The notes under the pieces were generated by a model. That model was not told the origin of the DNA. It worked only from the letters and a program-made list of their open reading frames with translations, and made no database searches. From a virus, in the IMG/VR virus record IMGVR_UViG_3300035142_000030, positions 1 through 64,000 of that record: DNA of 64,000 nucleotides, one strand, 5' to 3'. The position numbers were made by a program, and so were the translations under genes. Shown here in pieces: positions 1 through 9,323 of this stretch (position 1 is its first letter; each line of letters begins with the position of its first letter).

Positions 1-1
1 C

Positions 2-2266
2 AAAGCGCAAGCTAAAGTAAAATATCATGGTACAGAATATAGAAAATATGTAGATAAATATCAAGATGTAGACGAATACCAATGGTTAAATACAGATGAT
101 ATAGACCTACATCCTATACGCACAAAGTTACCAGAATGTCCTGACTGGCATCTAATCACTAACTTCGGACAAGAACTAGAAGATCAAGTATTCGTAAGAG
201 AAAAAATTCCTTTTAAATTAGATTATCTTATTAAGAAAACTAGAGCAGATGTTCGCAAGGATAAGAAACTGGACACTATGTCTTCAAAGTATAGAGCTTT
301 CTATAATCAAGTTTGGGATGTATTAGAAGGAGATAGAAATTATTCTGATGTATTAACATGGATAGCTGAACAATGGTACTATAGGTTATATGGTAAATGG
401 TATTTTATTAATGGCAAACCAACATATATTTGCGGGTGGCATTGGTTTTATCTTAATTATTGGCATATAGAAAACTTTGGGTTACCTGAATACAGAGATA
501 GAGATAGAAGGTGGTATTGGGCTATGTGGTATTTTTATAATGATACTACAGTTCCAATTAAAGAAAATGGCAAATTAGTTTACAATGATGATGGAAGCTT
601 AAAATTAGAGGATGTAGGATACAGGACGGTTGATGGAGTAAATGGTCTTAAGGGTCGTCGTATGGGGGATACCACAAAAGCAGATGAAGCAGAGTTCTGT
701 GTGGTAAGTGCTATGCGTGAAGGTAAAGGGGGTATACAAGGAGATTCTGGAGAAACAGGTCAAAAAGCTTTTTTAGAAAAATTAATGTTTTCATATAATA
801 AATTACATTTTATATGGAAGCCTGCACAAACACAATTAAATCCTAGAAGTGAATTATTATTTGATAGTGATGATGTAGATTTTGGTTTGCAGAGTTTAAT
901 TGATTACGCAACAACAGCAGGGAAAAGTCATTATGATGGTCGCAAACTGCATTTCTATCATGGAGACGAGGTTGGGAAAGTGAAGGATCACAGTATTCAT
1001 GAAAGACACTCTGTTGTAAGACGATGTTTAAAGATAGGTAGCAAGACTGTTGGATTTGCTATATATACCACAACAGTAGATGATATGGGGCTTAAATCAG
1101 GGATGGAGTTTGAAAAGCTATCCAATAGTTCTCATTACGAAAAACGGTCAGATAGTGGATTTACTCAATCAGGGATGGTTAATTTATTTTTTCCTGCTTA
1201 TGATGGTTTTGAAGGTTTTATAGGGAAATATGGAGAAAGTATAATAGATACACCTACAGAACAGCAATTGCCATATGTAGCTACCAAGAAAAGAAACTCT
1301 GACGGAAAATATATGGGAGCTAAAGAGTATTTACAAACTGAACGTGATGCATTGACAGAAGTTGGAGACTTTGTAGAATTAGCTCATCAGAAAAGATTAT
1401 ATCCATTTACATTTGCAGAATGTTTTACTCCGCCTGCACAAAATATATTCTTTAATATGGATATATTAGAAACTAATCATATAGATTTAAAGAGAGATAA
1501 TGAAGCAGCTATACAAGGTAACTTCGAGTGGGTAGATGGACAAGACTCTTGGGTAGACTTTTTCCCTTCGTCTAATGGTAAATGGTTTGTGAGTAAAGTG
1601 TTGGACAAATCACAAGCCAATAAAAAGTTTATAAATAGAGGAGTTTATTTTCCTGCCAATGCAGATGTGTTTGTTTCGAGTTCTGATGCTTTTAGATTAG
1701 AGAAAACGCAAGGTGGTATGTCAGATGGAGGTGGAGTTGTTCGATGGAAAAGAGACCCTAAGATAGATGCTGATAATAAAGATATTTCAACATGGGAGTC
1801 GTGTCGTTCTGTTGCTGTATACAGATATAGACCAGCGTCTATAGAAGAATATTGTGAGGATATGCTTAAGCAAGATATTTATTATGGAAGCATGCAATAT
1901 CCAGAGAACAACGTAAACCATGTAGCAGATCATTACAGAAGAAGAGGATATGACGGTTATTTATTACACGATACAGACCCTAAGACAGGAAGGCTAAAAC
2001 CTAATGCAGGTTATCATAGTGGTGGAGCAATGAAACAGAAATTATTTAATTTAGTGGCAGCAGACATACAAAAGCATGGATTAAGAAACAGACACATACA
2101 AATTACAGAAGAATGTATGAAGATTAAGGGATTAGATGATATGACCAACTATGACTTATTTACTGCTTATGGAGGAACTTTACTAGCAGAAGAGTCTCAG
2201 CACTTTCAATATTTACAACAAATGCAGCATGGAGATACGTATGATATTGAAGGGTTCTTTTATTGA
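2..2266 (+). CDS. terL: Terminase large subunit (5' end before the window; the track start at 278 is internal)
   Basis: Frame is open from position 2 to the ATG at 278. Walker A-like KGRRMGDTT, Walker B FYHGDEVGK, crAss-type KPTYICGWHWFYLNY and RRGYDGYL segments; directly upstream of the portal. Confidence 0.92.
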   Translation, partial: KAQAKVKYHGTEYRKYVDKYQDVDEYQWLNTDDIDLHPIRTKLPECPDWHLITNFGQELEDQVFVREKIPFKLDYLIKKTRADVRKDKKLDTMSSKYRAFYNQVWDVLEGDRNYSDVLTWIAEQWYYRLYGKWYFINGKPTYICGWHWFYLNYWHIENFGLPEYRDRDRRWYWAMWYFYNDTTVPIKENGKLVYNDDGSLKLEDVGYRTVDGVNGLKGRRMGDTTKADEAEFCVVSAMREGKGGIQGDSGETGQKAFLEKLMFSYNKLHFIWKPAQTQLNPRSELLFDSDDVDFGLQSLIDYATTAGKSHYDGRKLHFYHGDEVGKVKDHSIHERHSVVRRCLKIGSKTVGFAIYTTTVDDMGLKSGMEFEKLSNSSHYEKRSDSGFTQSGMVNLFFPAYDGFEGFIGKYGESIIDTPTEQQLPYVATKKRNSDGKYMGAKEYLQTERDALTEVGDFVELAHQKRLYPFTFAECFTPPAQNIFFNMDILETNHIDLKRDNEAAIQGNFEWVDGQDSWVDFFPSSNGKWFVSKVLDKSQANKKFINRGVYFPANADVFVSSSDAFRLEKTQGGMSDGGGVVRWKRDPKIDADNKDISTWESCRSVAVYRYRPASIEEYCEDMLKQDIYYGSMQYPENNVNHVADHYRRRGYDGYLLHDTDPKTGRLKPNAGYHSGGAMKQKLFNLVAADIQKHGLRNRHIQITEECMKIKGLDDMTNYDLFTAYGGTLLAEESQHFQYLQQMQHGDTYDIEGFFY

Positions 2267-2283
2267 AAAATAGTGTGTTAGTT

Positions 2284-2298
2284 AATTTAGTATTTTTG
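2284..2298 (+). promoter_or_regulatory. Bacteroidota-type -7 promoter element (TATTTTTG) with AATTTAG extension
   Basis: TAnnTTTG at 2291-2298 upstream of the portal; same AATTTAGTAT(A/T)TTTGT context at 19058 and 26981. Confidence 0.6.
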
Positions 2299-2316
2299 TG
2301 GTAAACATTTTGCAGA

Positions 2317-4677
2317 ATGATATACGTAGATGAAAAGTACACGGATGCTTCTAAATTTCAGTTTCCAGATAGATATACTGATCCAAAGGAAAAGAAAAAA
2401 GAATATTGCTTAAAAAACGCACAAGCTATTTATAGCACACACGTAAGGAATAAGTCAGGAATACCAATAGACATTATTCCAGAATGGCAGAATTTAAGAC
2501 TTTATGGGAAAGGACTTCAAGATGAAAATCAATATATACGCACACTAACAGGAGGTAATGAATCCAACAATTCAAGTGTATTGGATGTTGTGTCAACAGA
2601 TTCTACTACATACAACACCAAGTTAGAAAGACGTAAAGCATGGGACAACGTTAATAAGCAAATCATATCACTTGCTCCTAAGATTAAAGATCATTTTTAT
2701 GGGATGTTTAAGAAGCAAGAATATGATGTTACCGCAAATACTATAGATGAAGATTCAGGTGCTTTAATGGAAGATATGAAGTTTAGGCTTTTAGCACAGT
2801 CTATGTTTGCTAAAGAACTAGCTTTACTTCGAAGAACAGGCAACTTACCAGAACCAAGACAAGACTTTTTACCACAAGATATGACCGAATTAGAACTATT
2901 TGAGTCAGCAGGTGGATTTAAACTTAATTACGCTATGGATATGGAAAAGCTTTTGAAGCACACATTCCATATAAGCGATTGGGATAATAATATAAAACAA
3001 AAACTTATAGATGACGCTACAGATATTGGAGTAGTGGCCACTATAGAAGATTATGATGAGGACATAGGTAAATCAAAAATACGATACGTAGATGTATGTA
3101 ATTTAGCTATTCAATATTCAACAGCTTATGATTTTGAAGATTCAGAATGGTTTGGATATATGGAATATTGGCCTGTAAGTAAATTAAGACAAAAAGGTTT
3201 TTCTAAAGACTTCCTAATGGAGCAGATAGAAAATTATGGAGGTAAGTTTGGAAATCCAGATACGGTAGGTTACGAAGAAGACTTAGGGTTTAATAGACAC
3301 AATTATGATGCATTTAAGATTCCAGTATTTATTACTTATTGGATAGATATGGATGCAGAGTACCAAGAAGTTTTTATGGACTCTCAAGGCAGAAAAAGAG
3401 TAAAACCCTTAAAGTTTGGAAAGAAAGTAGACACAGAAAAAAAAGAAACAAGGATAAAAAAGGAACGTCCATTATATACTTCAAAATGGATAGTAGGCAC
3501 AGACGAAGTGTTTGACGAAGGTAAAGCATACAATCAAACTTTTAAGGATGAAAAAGCAATACTTCCGGTACGCGTAGTTAAACTAACAGACAACTCCATA
3601 ATAAAGCGTTTAAAGCCTATATTTGATGATATGCAAATGGCATGGTTGAAGTATCAGAACGCTCAAATAATGGCAATGAACGCAGGCTACGCAATAAATG
3701 TAAGGTTATTAAACAACATTAGTTTAGGTGGTAAAAAGCTATCCATGAAAGATGTGTTTGATATTATGCGCGAAACAGGAAACTTATTCTATTCAGATAC
3801 ACCTATTTTTGGGAAATATGAAGGAGGCGCGGTGAATCCAGTAACACATTTACCTGGTGGTATGGGAAATCAGTTACAAGAGGCAGTTACTAAGTTTGAA
3901 TGGGCTATTAAAATGATAGAACACGAGACGGGGCTTACTCCTATATCAATGGGAGCGACTCCATCTCCAGAGCAAGGTAAGGCAACTACAGAGCTTTCGA
4001 TGGCAGCTACACAGAATGTAATACGTCCTATAATAGATAATATAATGGTGTTAAAGGGTCGTATAGCGGAGAACTCAATGCTTCGCATACAATTACTTAT
4101 TAGAACAAATGAACGTACTAGAAAGGCTTATACGAGGATTATAGGCAAAAAAGGAATAGAGGCATTAAGAGCAGCAGAAGGTAGGGCGGTAGCTTATGGT
4201 ATTGATCTTGAGCCAAGGCCTACGGATGAACAGAAGGCTTGGGTTATGCAATTAGTTAATGAGGCTATTGCACTTGGAAGAGATGGTGTACAGAGCCTTG
4301 AGATCAGCGATGCTTTAGCTCTTATAAATCAGTTAGAAAACGGAGGTAACCTTAAAGAAATAGGAATTAGATTAGCTTATAAAATAAAACAATATAAATT
4401 AGAGCAGCAACAGAAAGCACTGCAATCAATACAAGTCACATCGCAAGAAACTCAGAAACAGAATGCTCAGAAAGCTCAATTAGAATCTCAAAGAAAGCAA
4501 CAAGATGCTCAGATAGAATTGGGTAATATGAAGCAAGAACATAATCAGAATTTACAGATAGAAACGTTCAAAGCTAACGCTGACTATAAAGAACTATTGA
4601 CCGAATTAGCTTTTAAGGAACGCGAATTAGAATCGAAAGAAAGAATTGCTAAACAACAAAAAACAACATCTGTATAA
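2317..4677 (+). CDS. Portal protein (crAss-like)
   Basis: 786 aa after terL; LRLYGKGLQ, ISLAPKIKD, RETGNLFY motifs and Q-rich coiled-coil C-terminus typical of crAss-like portals. Confidence 0.88.
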   Translation: MIYVDEKYTDASKFQFPDRYTDPKEKKKEYCLKNAQAIYSTHVRNKSGIPIDIIPEWQNLRLYGKGLQDENQYIRTLTGGNESNNSSVLDVVSTDSTTYNTKLERRKAWDNVNKQIISLAPKIKDHFYGMFKKQEYDVTANTIDEDSGALMEDMKFRLLAQSMFAKELALLRRTGNLPEPRQDFLPQDMTELELFESAGGFKLNYAMDMEKLLKHTFHISDWDNNIKQKLIDDATDIGVVATIEDYDEDIGKSKIRYVDVCNLAIQYSTAYDFEDSEWFGYMEYWPVSKLRQKGFSKDFLMEQIENYGGKFGNPDTVGYEEDLGFNRHNYDAFKIPVFITYWIDMDAEYQEVFMDSQGRKRVKPLKFGKKVDTEKKETRIKKERPLYTSKWIVGTDEVFDEGKAYNQTFKDEKAILPVRVVKLTDNSIIKRLKPIFDDMQMAWLKYQNAQIMAMNAGYAINVRLLNNISLGGKKLSMKDVFDIMRETGNLFYSDTPIFGKYEGGAVNPVTHLPGGMGNQLQEAVTKFEWAIKMIEHETGLTPISMGATPSPEQGKATTELSMAATQNVIRPIIDNIMVLKGRIAENSMLRIQLLIRTNERTRKAYTRIIGKKGIEALRAAEGRAVAYGIDLEPRPTDEQKAWVMQLVNEAIALGRDGVQSLEISDALALINQLENGGNLKEIGIRLAYKIKQYKLEQQQKALQSIQVTSQETQKQNAQKAQLESQRKQQDAQIELGNMKQEHNQNLQIETFKANADYKELLTELAFKERELESKERIAKQQKTTSV

Positions 4678-5294
4678 TGGGACAGTTTAACGATATGCTT
4701 AATAAAATGATGATTGTGGAGAGTATGGGCTTTAATCCATATATAGAAACATATAGTTCAAGAATGGGAAAGATACCAACACAACCAACCAACGGAACAA
4801 GTTCAGATGATGATCCTGTATATAGTGGAGGACAAATATCAGAGGCATACATTACAGAAGGTTATGATGATCCTTTTGCTAACTTAGTGACCGATACAGG
4901 AGAATTAAATTTATCACAACTAAGTACAGGATACAATTTAGCTCCAGAATTAGGAATAGATCAACAACAATATATTGATTTTGTAAATAAAGAATACCAA
5001 CAAAATGTAGAAGATTATTATGGGGTTGGTAACAGAATAGAGGTACGAGAAGGAGGAGCGTTAGGTATAACAAAACCTAAAACTACTAAGCCAAATTATA
5101 GATTTGAACAGGGGGTACGTCAAGGTGATGATTTGGCAGAAGGTAAATTTAAAAAAGGTGACCCAATTTATTATAGATGGGATGACAATACAGGTAAATA
5201 CATAACATATGATACTAAAGAAGCTTACGATAAAGCTAGAGAAAACTATAAAAAGACGACAGGGGAAGAAAGTAATTTAGGCCAAGAAAAGTAG
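4677..5294 (+). CDS. Hypothetical protein, head module
   Basis: 205 aa, TAATG overlap with the portal stop. Confidence 0.6.
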   Translation: MGQFNDMLNKMMIVESMGFNPYIETYSSRMGKIPTQPTNGTSSDDDPVYSGGQISEAYITEGYDDPFANLVTDTGELNLSQLSTGYNLAPELGIDQQQYIDFVNKEYQQNVEDYYGVGNRIEVREGGALGITKPKTTKPNYRFEQGVRQGDDLAEGKFKKGDPIYYRWDDNTGKYITYDTKEAYDKARENYKKTTGEESNLGQEK

Positions 5295-5332
5295 TAAATA
5301 TTTATACCCAAAACGCACATTTACAGTTTTAT

Positions 5333-5340
5333 TATATTTG
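5333..5340 (+). promoter_or_regulatory. -7 promoter element TATATTTG
   Basis: TAnnTTTG in the intergenic gap upstream of the 5374 ORF. Confidence 0.55.
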
Positions 5341-5373
5341 CAAATAGAAAAATTAAACTAACTGAACAACGAT

Positions 5374-6618
5374 ATGAGTACTGAGAAATTTAATAGCGGA
5401 GACGCAGAATTAGATGCATTAATCAATGCAGATAAAGAACAAGCAGAAAAAAAAGTAGATGCTAAAACAGAGACTACTAATACAACAGAAGAAATAAAGA
5501 CCAAAGAAAAGGTCGAAGGTGATAAAAAAGAAGAAACAGACGTTCATATAAATACTGAAAAAAAAGATGCAGAGTCTGATACGGACAAAGTGAAAGATGA
5601 CAAAGTTGAGTTAAATATTGATGCTTTCAACAGGGTGTTTGGAACAGAATATAAATCAACAGAAGACATCAAACCTTTATTAGAGTCAAGTACTCAGTTA
5701 AAAGAACTCAGGGCGAGTTTATCAGAGAAAGAAAGCTTGATAAAAGAAAAGGAAGAACTTTTAAACAAAAAGACCGACGGGTTGAGTTTGTTTGCCGATG
5801 AGACAATGTATAAGATCAACCAAGTTTTAATCAATAATCCAGATTTGAACAAAGAAGCAGTCATTAGATTAGCTTCATCAGATTTGGATAATATGGAAGA
5901 CGTAGACGTCCTTAAACTTCAAAAGTTAGTAAAACTTAAAGGGAAAGGATACGATGAATCAACTATAGAGTATGCTATTAACAAGAAGTATGATTTAGTT
6001 GATGATCCTAGTGATTTAGAGGGGGAAGAATTAAAGCAGTATAACGCAAATAAGTTTCTAAGAAGCGAAGATGCGCAAGCTGCAAGAGATGAACTAAGCA
6101 AGATGATGAAAGTTGATGTTCCTGAAAAGATTGATTTGCTAGAAATGGATAAACAATCTAAAGAAGAGGCAAAAAAGAAATTAAAAGAAAGCTTAGATTC
6201 TTGGAAAAACAAATCCAAAGATGTGATTAAATCGCTAGACAAGTATACTGTAGAGTTTGATAAAGGAGACGAGGGGAGGTTTGATTTTGCATATGATAAT
6301 GAATTTAAGGGGTATCTTGAAAAGAATTTACCAGAATATGCAGCAAGAGTAGGGTTAGATGCTAACGATCCTAAAAGCATGGAAACATTAAAAATGGCTA
6401 TCGAAAAGGATTTTGAACATGCCTATTTACCAAAAATGTTTAAAGCTTTTCGGGAAGACTTAATAGCCAAAATGGAAGATAAAGATTATAAACGTAAGCA
6501 CAATGTAAAAGACCCTAAAGAAGAAGAAGCTCCTGTAAGGTTAAGTGAAGCGGAGAAGAAGAACAAAGAGGTTGATGAAAAAGTATTAAATGACTTAAAT
6601 AAGAATCAATATTTTTAA
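5374..6618 (+). CDS. Acidic coiled-coil protein upstream of the capsid gene (scaffold-like)
   Basis: 414 aa, E/K/D-rich, disordered N-terminus, position matches the gene preceding the crAss-like capsid gene. Confidence 0.65.
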   Translation: MSTEKFNSGDAELDALINADKEQAEKKVDAKTETTNTTEEIKTKEKVEGDKKEETDVHINTEKKDAESDTDKVKDDKVELNIDAFNRVFGTEYKSTEDIKPLLESSTQLKELRASLSEKESLIKEKEELLNKKTDGLSLFADETMYKINQVLINNPDLNKEAVIRLASSDLDNMEDVDVLKLQKLVKLKGKGYDESTIEYAINKKYDLVDDPSDLEGEELKQYNANKFLRSEDAQAARDELSKMMKVDVPEKIDLLEMDKQSKEEAKKKLKESLDSWKNKSKDVIKSLDKYTVEFDKGDEGRFDFAYDNEFKGYLEKNLPEYAARVGLDANDPKSMETLKMAIEKDFEHAYLPKMFKAFREDLIAKMEDKDYKRKHNVKDPKEEEAPVRLSEAEKKNKEVDEKVLNDLNKNQYF

Positions 6619-6631
6619 AAGATAAGAAACA

Positions 6632-8083
6632 ATGGCAGCAGATAACGAAGTAGTACAAGGATTATATAACGGATCATGGGCATCATTGCACGATTTTGAT
6701 TTTCCTTATCAGGTACAAAATAAACTTTTCCAGAAATATGGAAGAGGACAGTTCGCAATCGACATTATGCGTCGAATGGGCTTTGAATTTAACTTTGCAG
6801 GTACTCCTCACTATGCACACGAAGAAGGTAAGATGTATTCTACACTTACTACTTTTGGAGCATCAACAGGTGGAGCAACAGCAGGAGCGGAAGTAACATT
6901 TGAGTTAGCAGAAGATAGTGTTGATAGTAATGGAAATACTTTCGCTAGAGTAGGATTTACTGTATTACATAAACATACTGATAAAAAGGTATATGAATTA
7001 CTTATTAAAAGTATTGAAGCATCTTCAGGATCAGTAAGTGGTTCTACTTTTGACACTAAGACCATCACAGCAAAACCATTAGATTCTTCATTAGCTGTAG
7101 GTGTTGGTGGTATTGAAGACGGAACAGTATTAACAGTAGGAGCTTCAGCTAAAGCAGAAGACACTGATTCAGTAACAGGAACAACTAAGGGAGTGTTCCG
7201 TAGAGCTTTCTACGACAGAATATCAAGAGAAAATAAGACATTAACAGGATATCAATTAGGTAGAGAAAGATGGACTGACAAGTTGATCGGTGGAACAAGA
7301 TATTTATGGTCAGATGTTTATGCTCATGAAGATTTTTTAATGGATGCTCAAATTGAGTTAGGTTCATTTATTGGACAAAGAAATACTAATAGTGTAACAG
7401 AAACAGACAACGAAGGTAATGCAGCTCCAGTTAAGAGTGCAGATGGTTACTGGAAGTGGATGGATGGATATGCAGGTAAAATAACTTATGGGACTGGAGA
7501 TTTTGATTTCTATACTTTTGATGAAGTTCCTGAGTATCTAAGATCACAGCATGTTATTTCTAATATGGCATGGTTAGCCGTAGGCCCTAAATTGTATAAG
7601 AAAATGGAAAATGCTGGTTACGAATTTGTACAGCAAGTTTCAGGTGGAACTGATTTTACTAAGTTAGTATCAGCAGGATTTAAAGGAGATGAGCAAAGAT
7701 TGCTAGGAACTAACTTCTCAGTATTCCATAAAAATGGAATCATGTTTTACGTAACAGTTCTTGATTCATTTGGTAATCCTGACATGTTAGGTAACGACGA
7801 CTTAGACTTCCAAGAGTCAGGTTTCATTATTCCTATGGGGAATGGTATTGTTGATCCTAAGACAGGAAAGAGCTTACCAAACGTAGGATTAGGCTATAAT
7901 ATTTATGGAGATGTAAACCGTAAGAGAGTTATTGCTCCATTAGATGGTATGACAGGACGTAAAGGGGCTAGAGTTGTATCATCTAAAGATAGAACAAGCA
8001 TTGAGATGTTGTCTCACTACATGCCTTTCATGATGGGAGTTAATCAAACAATGCAATTATTACCTTTTGAGTCTTATACATAG
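6632..8083 (+). CDS. Major capsid protein
   Basis: 483 aa, strongly biased codon use, KLFQKYG N-terminal segment, synteny with portal and scaffold, followed by a hairpin. Confidence 0.8.
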   Translation: MAADNEVVQGLYNGSWASLHDFDFPYQVQNKLFQKYGRGQFAIDIMRRMGFEFNFAGTPHYAHEEGKMYSTLTTFGASTGGATAGAEVTFELAEDSVDSNGNTFARVGFTVLHKHTDKKVYELLIKSIEASSGSVSGSTFDTKTITAKPLDSSLAVGVGGIEDGTVLTVGASAKAEDTDSVTGTTKGVFRRAFYDRISRENKTLTGYQLGRERWTDKLIGGTRYLWSDVYAHEDFLMDAQIELGSFIGQRNTNSVTETDNEGNAAPVKSADGYWKWMDGYAGKITYGTGDFDFYTFDEVPEYLRSQHVISNMAWLAVGPKLYKKMENAGYEFVQQVSGGTDFTKLVSAGFKGDEQRLLGTNFSVFHKNGIMFYVTVLDSFGNPDMLGNDDLDFQESGFIIPMGNGIVDPKTGKSLPNVGLGYNIYGDVNRKRVIAPLDGMTGRKGARVVSSKDRTSIEMLSHYMPFMMGVNQTMQLLPFESYT

Positions 8084-8110
8084 ACTTTAATTAATTAATA
8101 TTATAGAGTG

Positions 8111-8140
8111 TAGCCCTCGTTCAAGCATCGGGGGCTATTC
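8111..8140 (+). terminator. Hairpin after the capsid gene
   Basis: TAGCCCTCG...CGGGGCTA stem, weak T tail. Confidence 0.45.
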
Positions 8141-8168
8141 TTGTACTTAAAAACTAAATATAAACGCT

Positions 8169-9230
8169 ATGATTTACGTAAACAACGAAAAAGCAAATTT
8201 AAAAGATCACAAATCACAGGTAGGTAAGGAATATGCGAAAGCATTAGATTACTTTAATAAAATAGGATGGCCTGTAAGATTTAAAGTAAAGAAACAAATT
8301 TTATCTCCAGATGAGACAGAGGACGGTAGAGTGTTTATGGTAATGCCAAGTTACTATATACATCACTCAGCAATTATCAATACAGAATATGGAACAGAAC
8401 AATGGAGATATAGTCCTAATCCTCCAATCGATAAAAACGTAAGAGGACAATCCGTATTGGAATGGCCTAAAGAAGGTAGAGGTAAAACATATAATCGCAA
8501 GGTTATATCCTTTAAAAAAGAACAAGCAGACCTAGTATTCTTTTTATGGTTTAAGAGCAAACCATTTCAATCTATTTATGACATTGATGACGCTAAAGCG
8601 CAAGCAGAAGCAGAAGTAAGAGCTAAAATGGATGCAGTTAAATTAGATAGTGTATTCTACAATGAGTCCTCTGTGCTTCATACGGACGAGAATAAGCTAA
8701 GAACTATTGCAAGGGCATATAATGTATCACAAGTAGACACAAAGGACAAGAATCAAGTCCTAGTAGCCTTAGATAACGTAGTAAGAAACTTAGTAAAGAG
8801 CAAAGTATTAACAGTAGATGAATTTATGGAATCATTAAGTTTAGATACTTTAACAGAGTTGTCTGCTAAGATTCAGAAAGCACATGATGATAAGCTAATC
8901 ACATTTGATGACAAGCAGAACACATGGTTCTATGTTGATGCGGGAGGTAGAGTATCTGAAGAGATTGTACGCGTTCCTATGAGTAAGACAGAACATAAAT
9001 ATAATTATTTAAGGGATTTCTTTATGACTAATACGCGTAAGTTAGAAGTTTTCTTAGAACATATCGAAAACGATTCTAACAAAGCACTAACGATAGACTT
9101 GGATAACTTAGAAAGTTTAGATTGGACTAAAGAGATACTACCATTTATTAATGCAGTAGGAATAGCAGGTACAGGAGCAGGAAGAACTAAGGCTGTTGTA
9201 TATAATGAGATCAGAGAGAAGTGTCGGTAA
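8169..9230 (+). CDS. Conserved crAss-like protein downstream of the capsid gene
   Basis: 353 aa; KLRTIARAY segment and position resemble the crAss gene following the capsid gene. Confidence 0.55.
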   Translation: MIYVNNEKANLKDHKSQVGKEYAKALDYFNKIGWPVRFKVKKQILSPDETEDGRVFMVMPSYYIHHSAIINTEYGTEQWRYSPNPPIDKNVRGQSVLEWPKEGRGKTYNRKVISFKKEQADLVFFLWFKSKPFQSIYDIDDAKAQAEAEVRAKMDAVKLDSVFYNESSVLHTDENKLRTIARAYNVSQVDTKDKNQVLVALDNVVRNLVKSKVLTVDEFMESLSLDTLTELSAKIQKAHDDKLITFDDKQNTWFYVDAGGRVSEEIVRVPMSKTEHKYNYLRDFFMTNTRKLEVFLEHIENDSNKALTIDLDNLESLDWTKEILPFINAVGIAGTGAGRTKAVVYNEIREKCR

Positions 9231-9254
9231 AAATGTGATATAATTAATATTAGG

Positions 9255-9287
9255 AAGCTTTGTCAAAAAATTGGCAAAGCTTTTTTT
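9255..9287 (+). terminator. Rho-independent terminator
   Basis: AAGCTTTGTCAA-AAAA-TTGGCAAAGCTT followed by a T run. Confidence 0.8.
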
Positions 9288-9290
9288 GTT

Positions 9291-9298
9291 TATATTTG
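9291..9298 (+). promoter_or_regulatory. -7 promoter element TATATTTG
   Basis: TAnnTTTG immediately after the terminator, upstream of the 9324 ORF. Confidence 0.5.
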
Positions 9299-9323
9299 TA
9301 CTATTATTTAAAAGAATAAAATT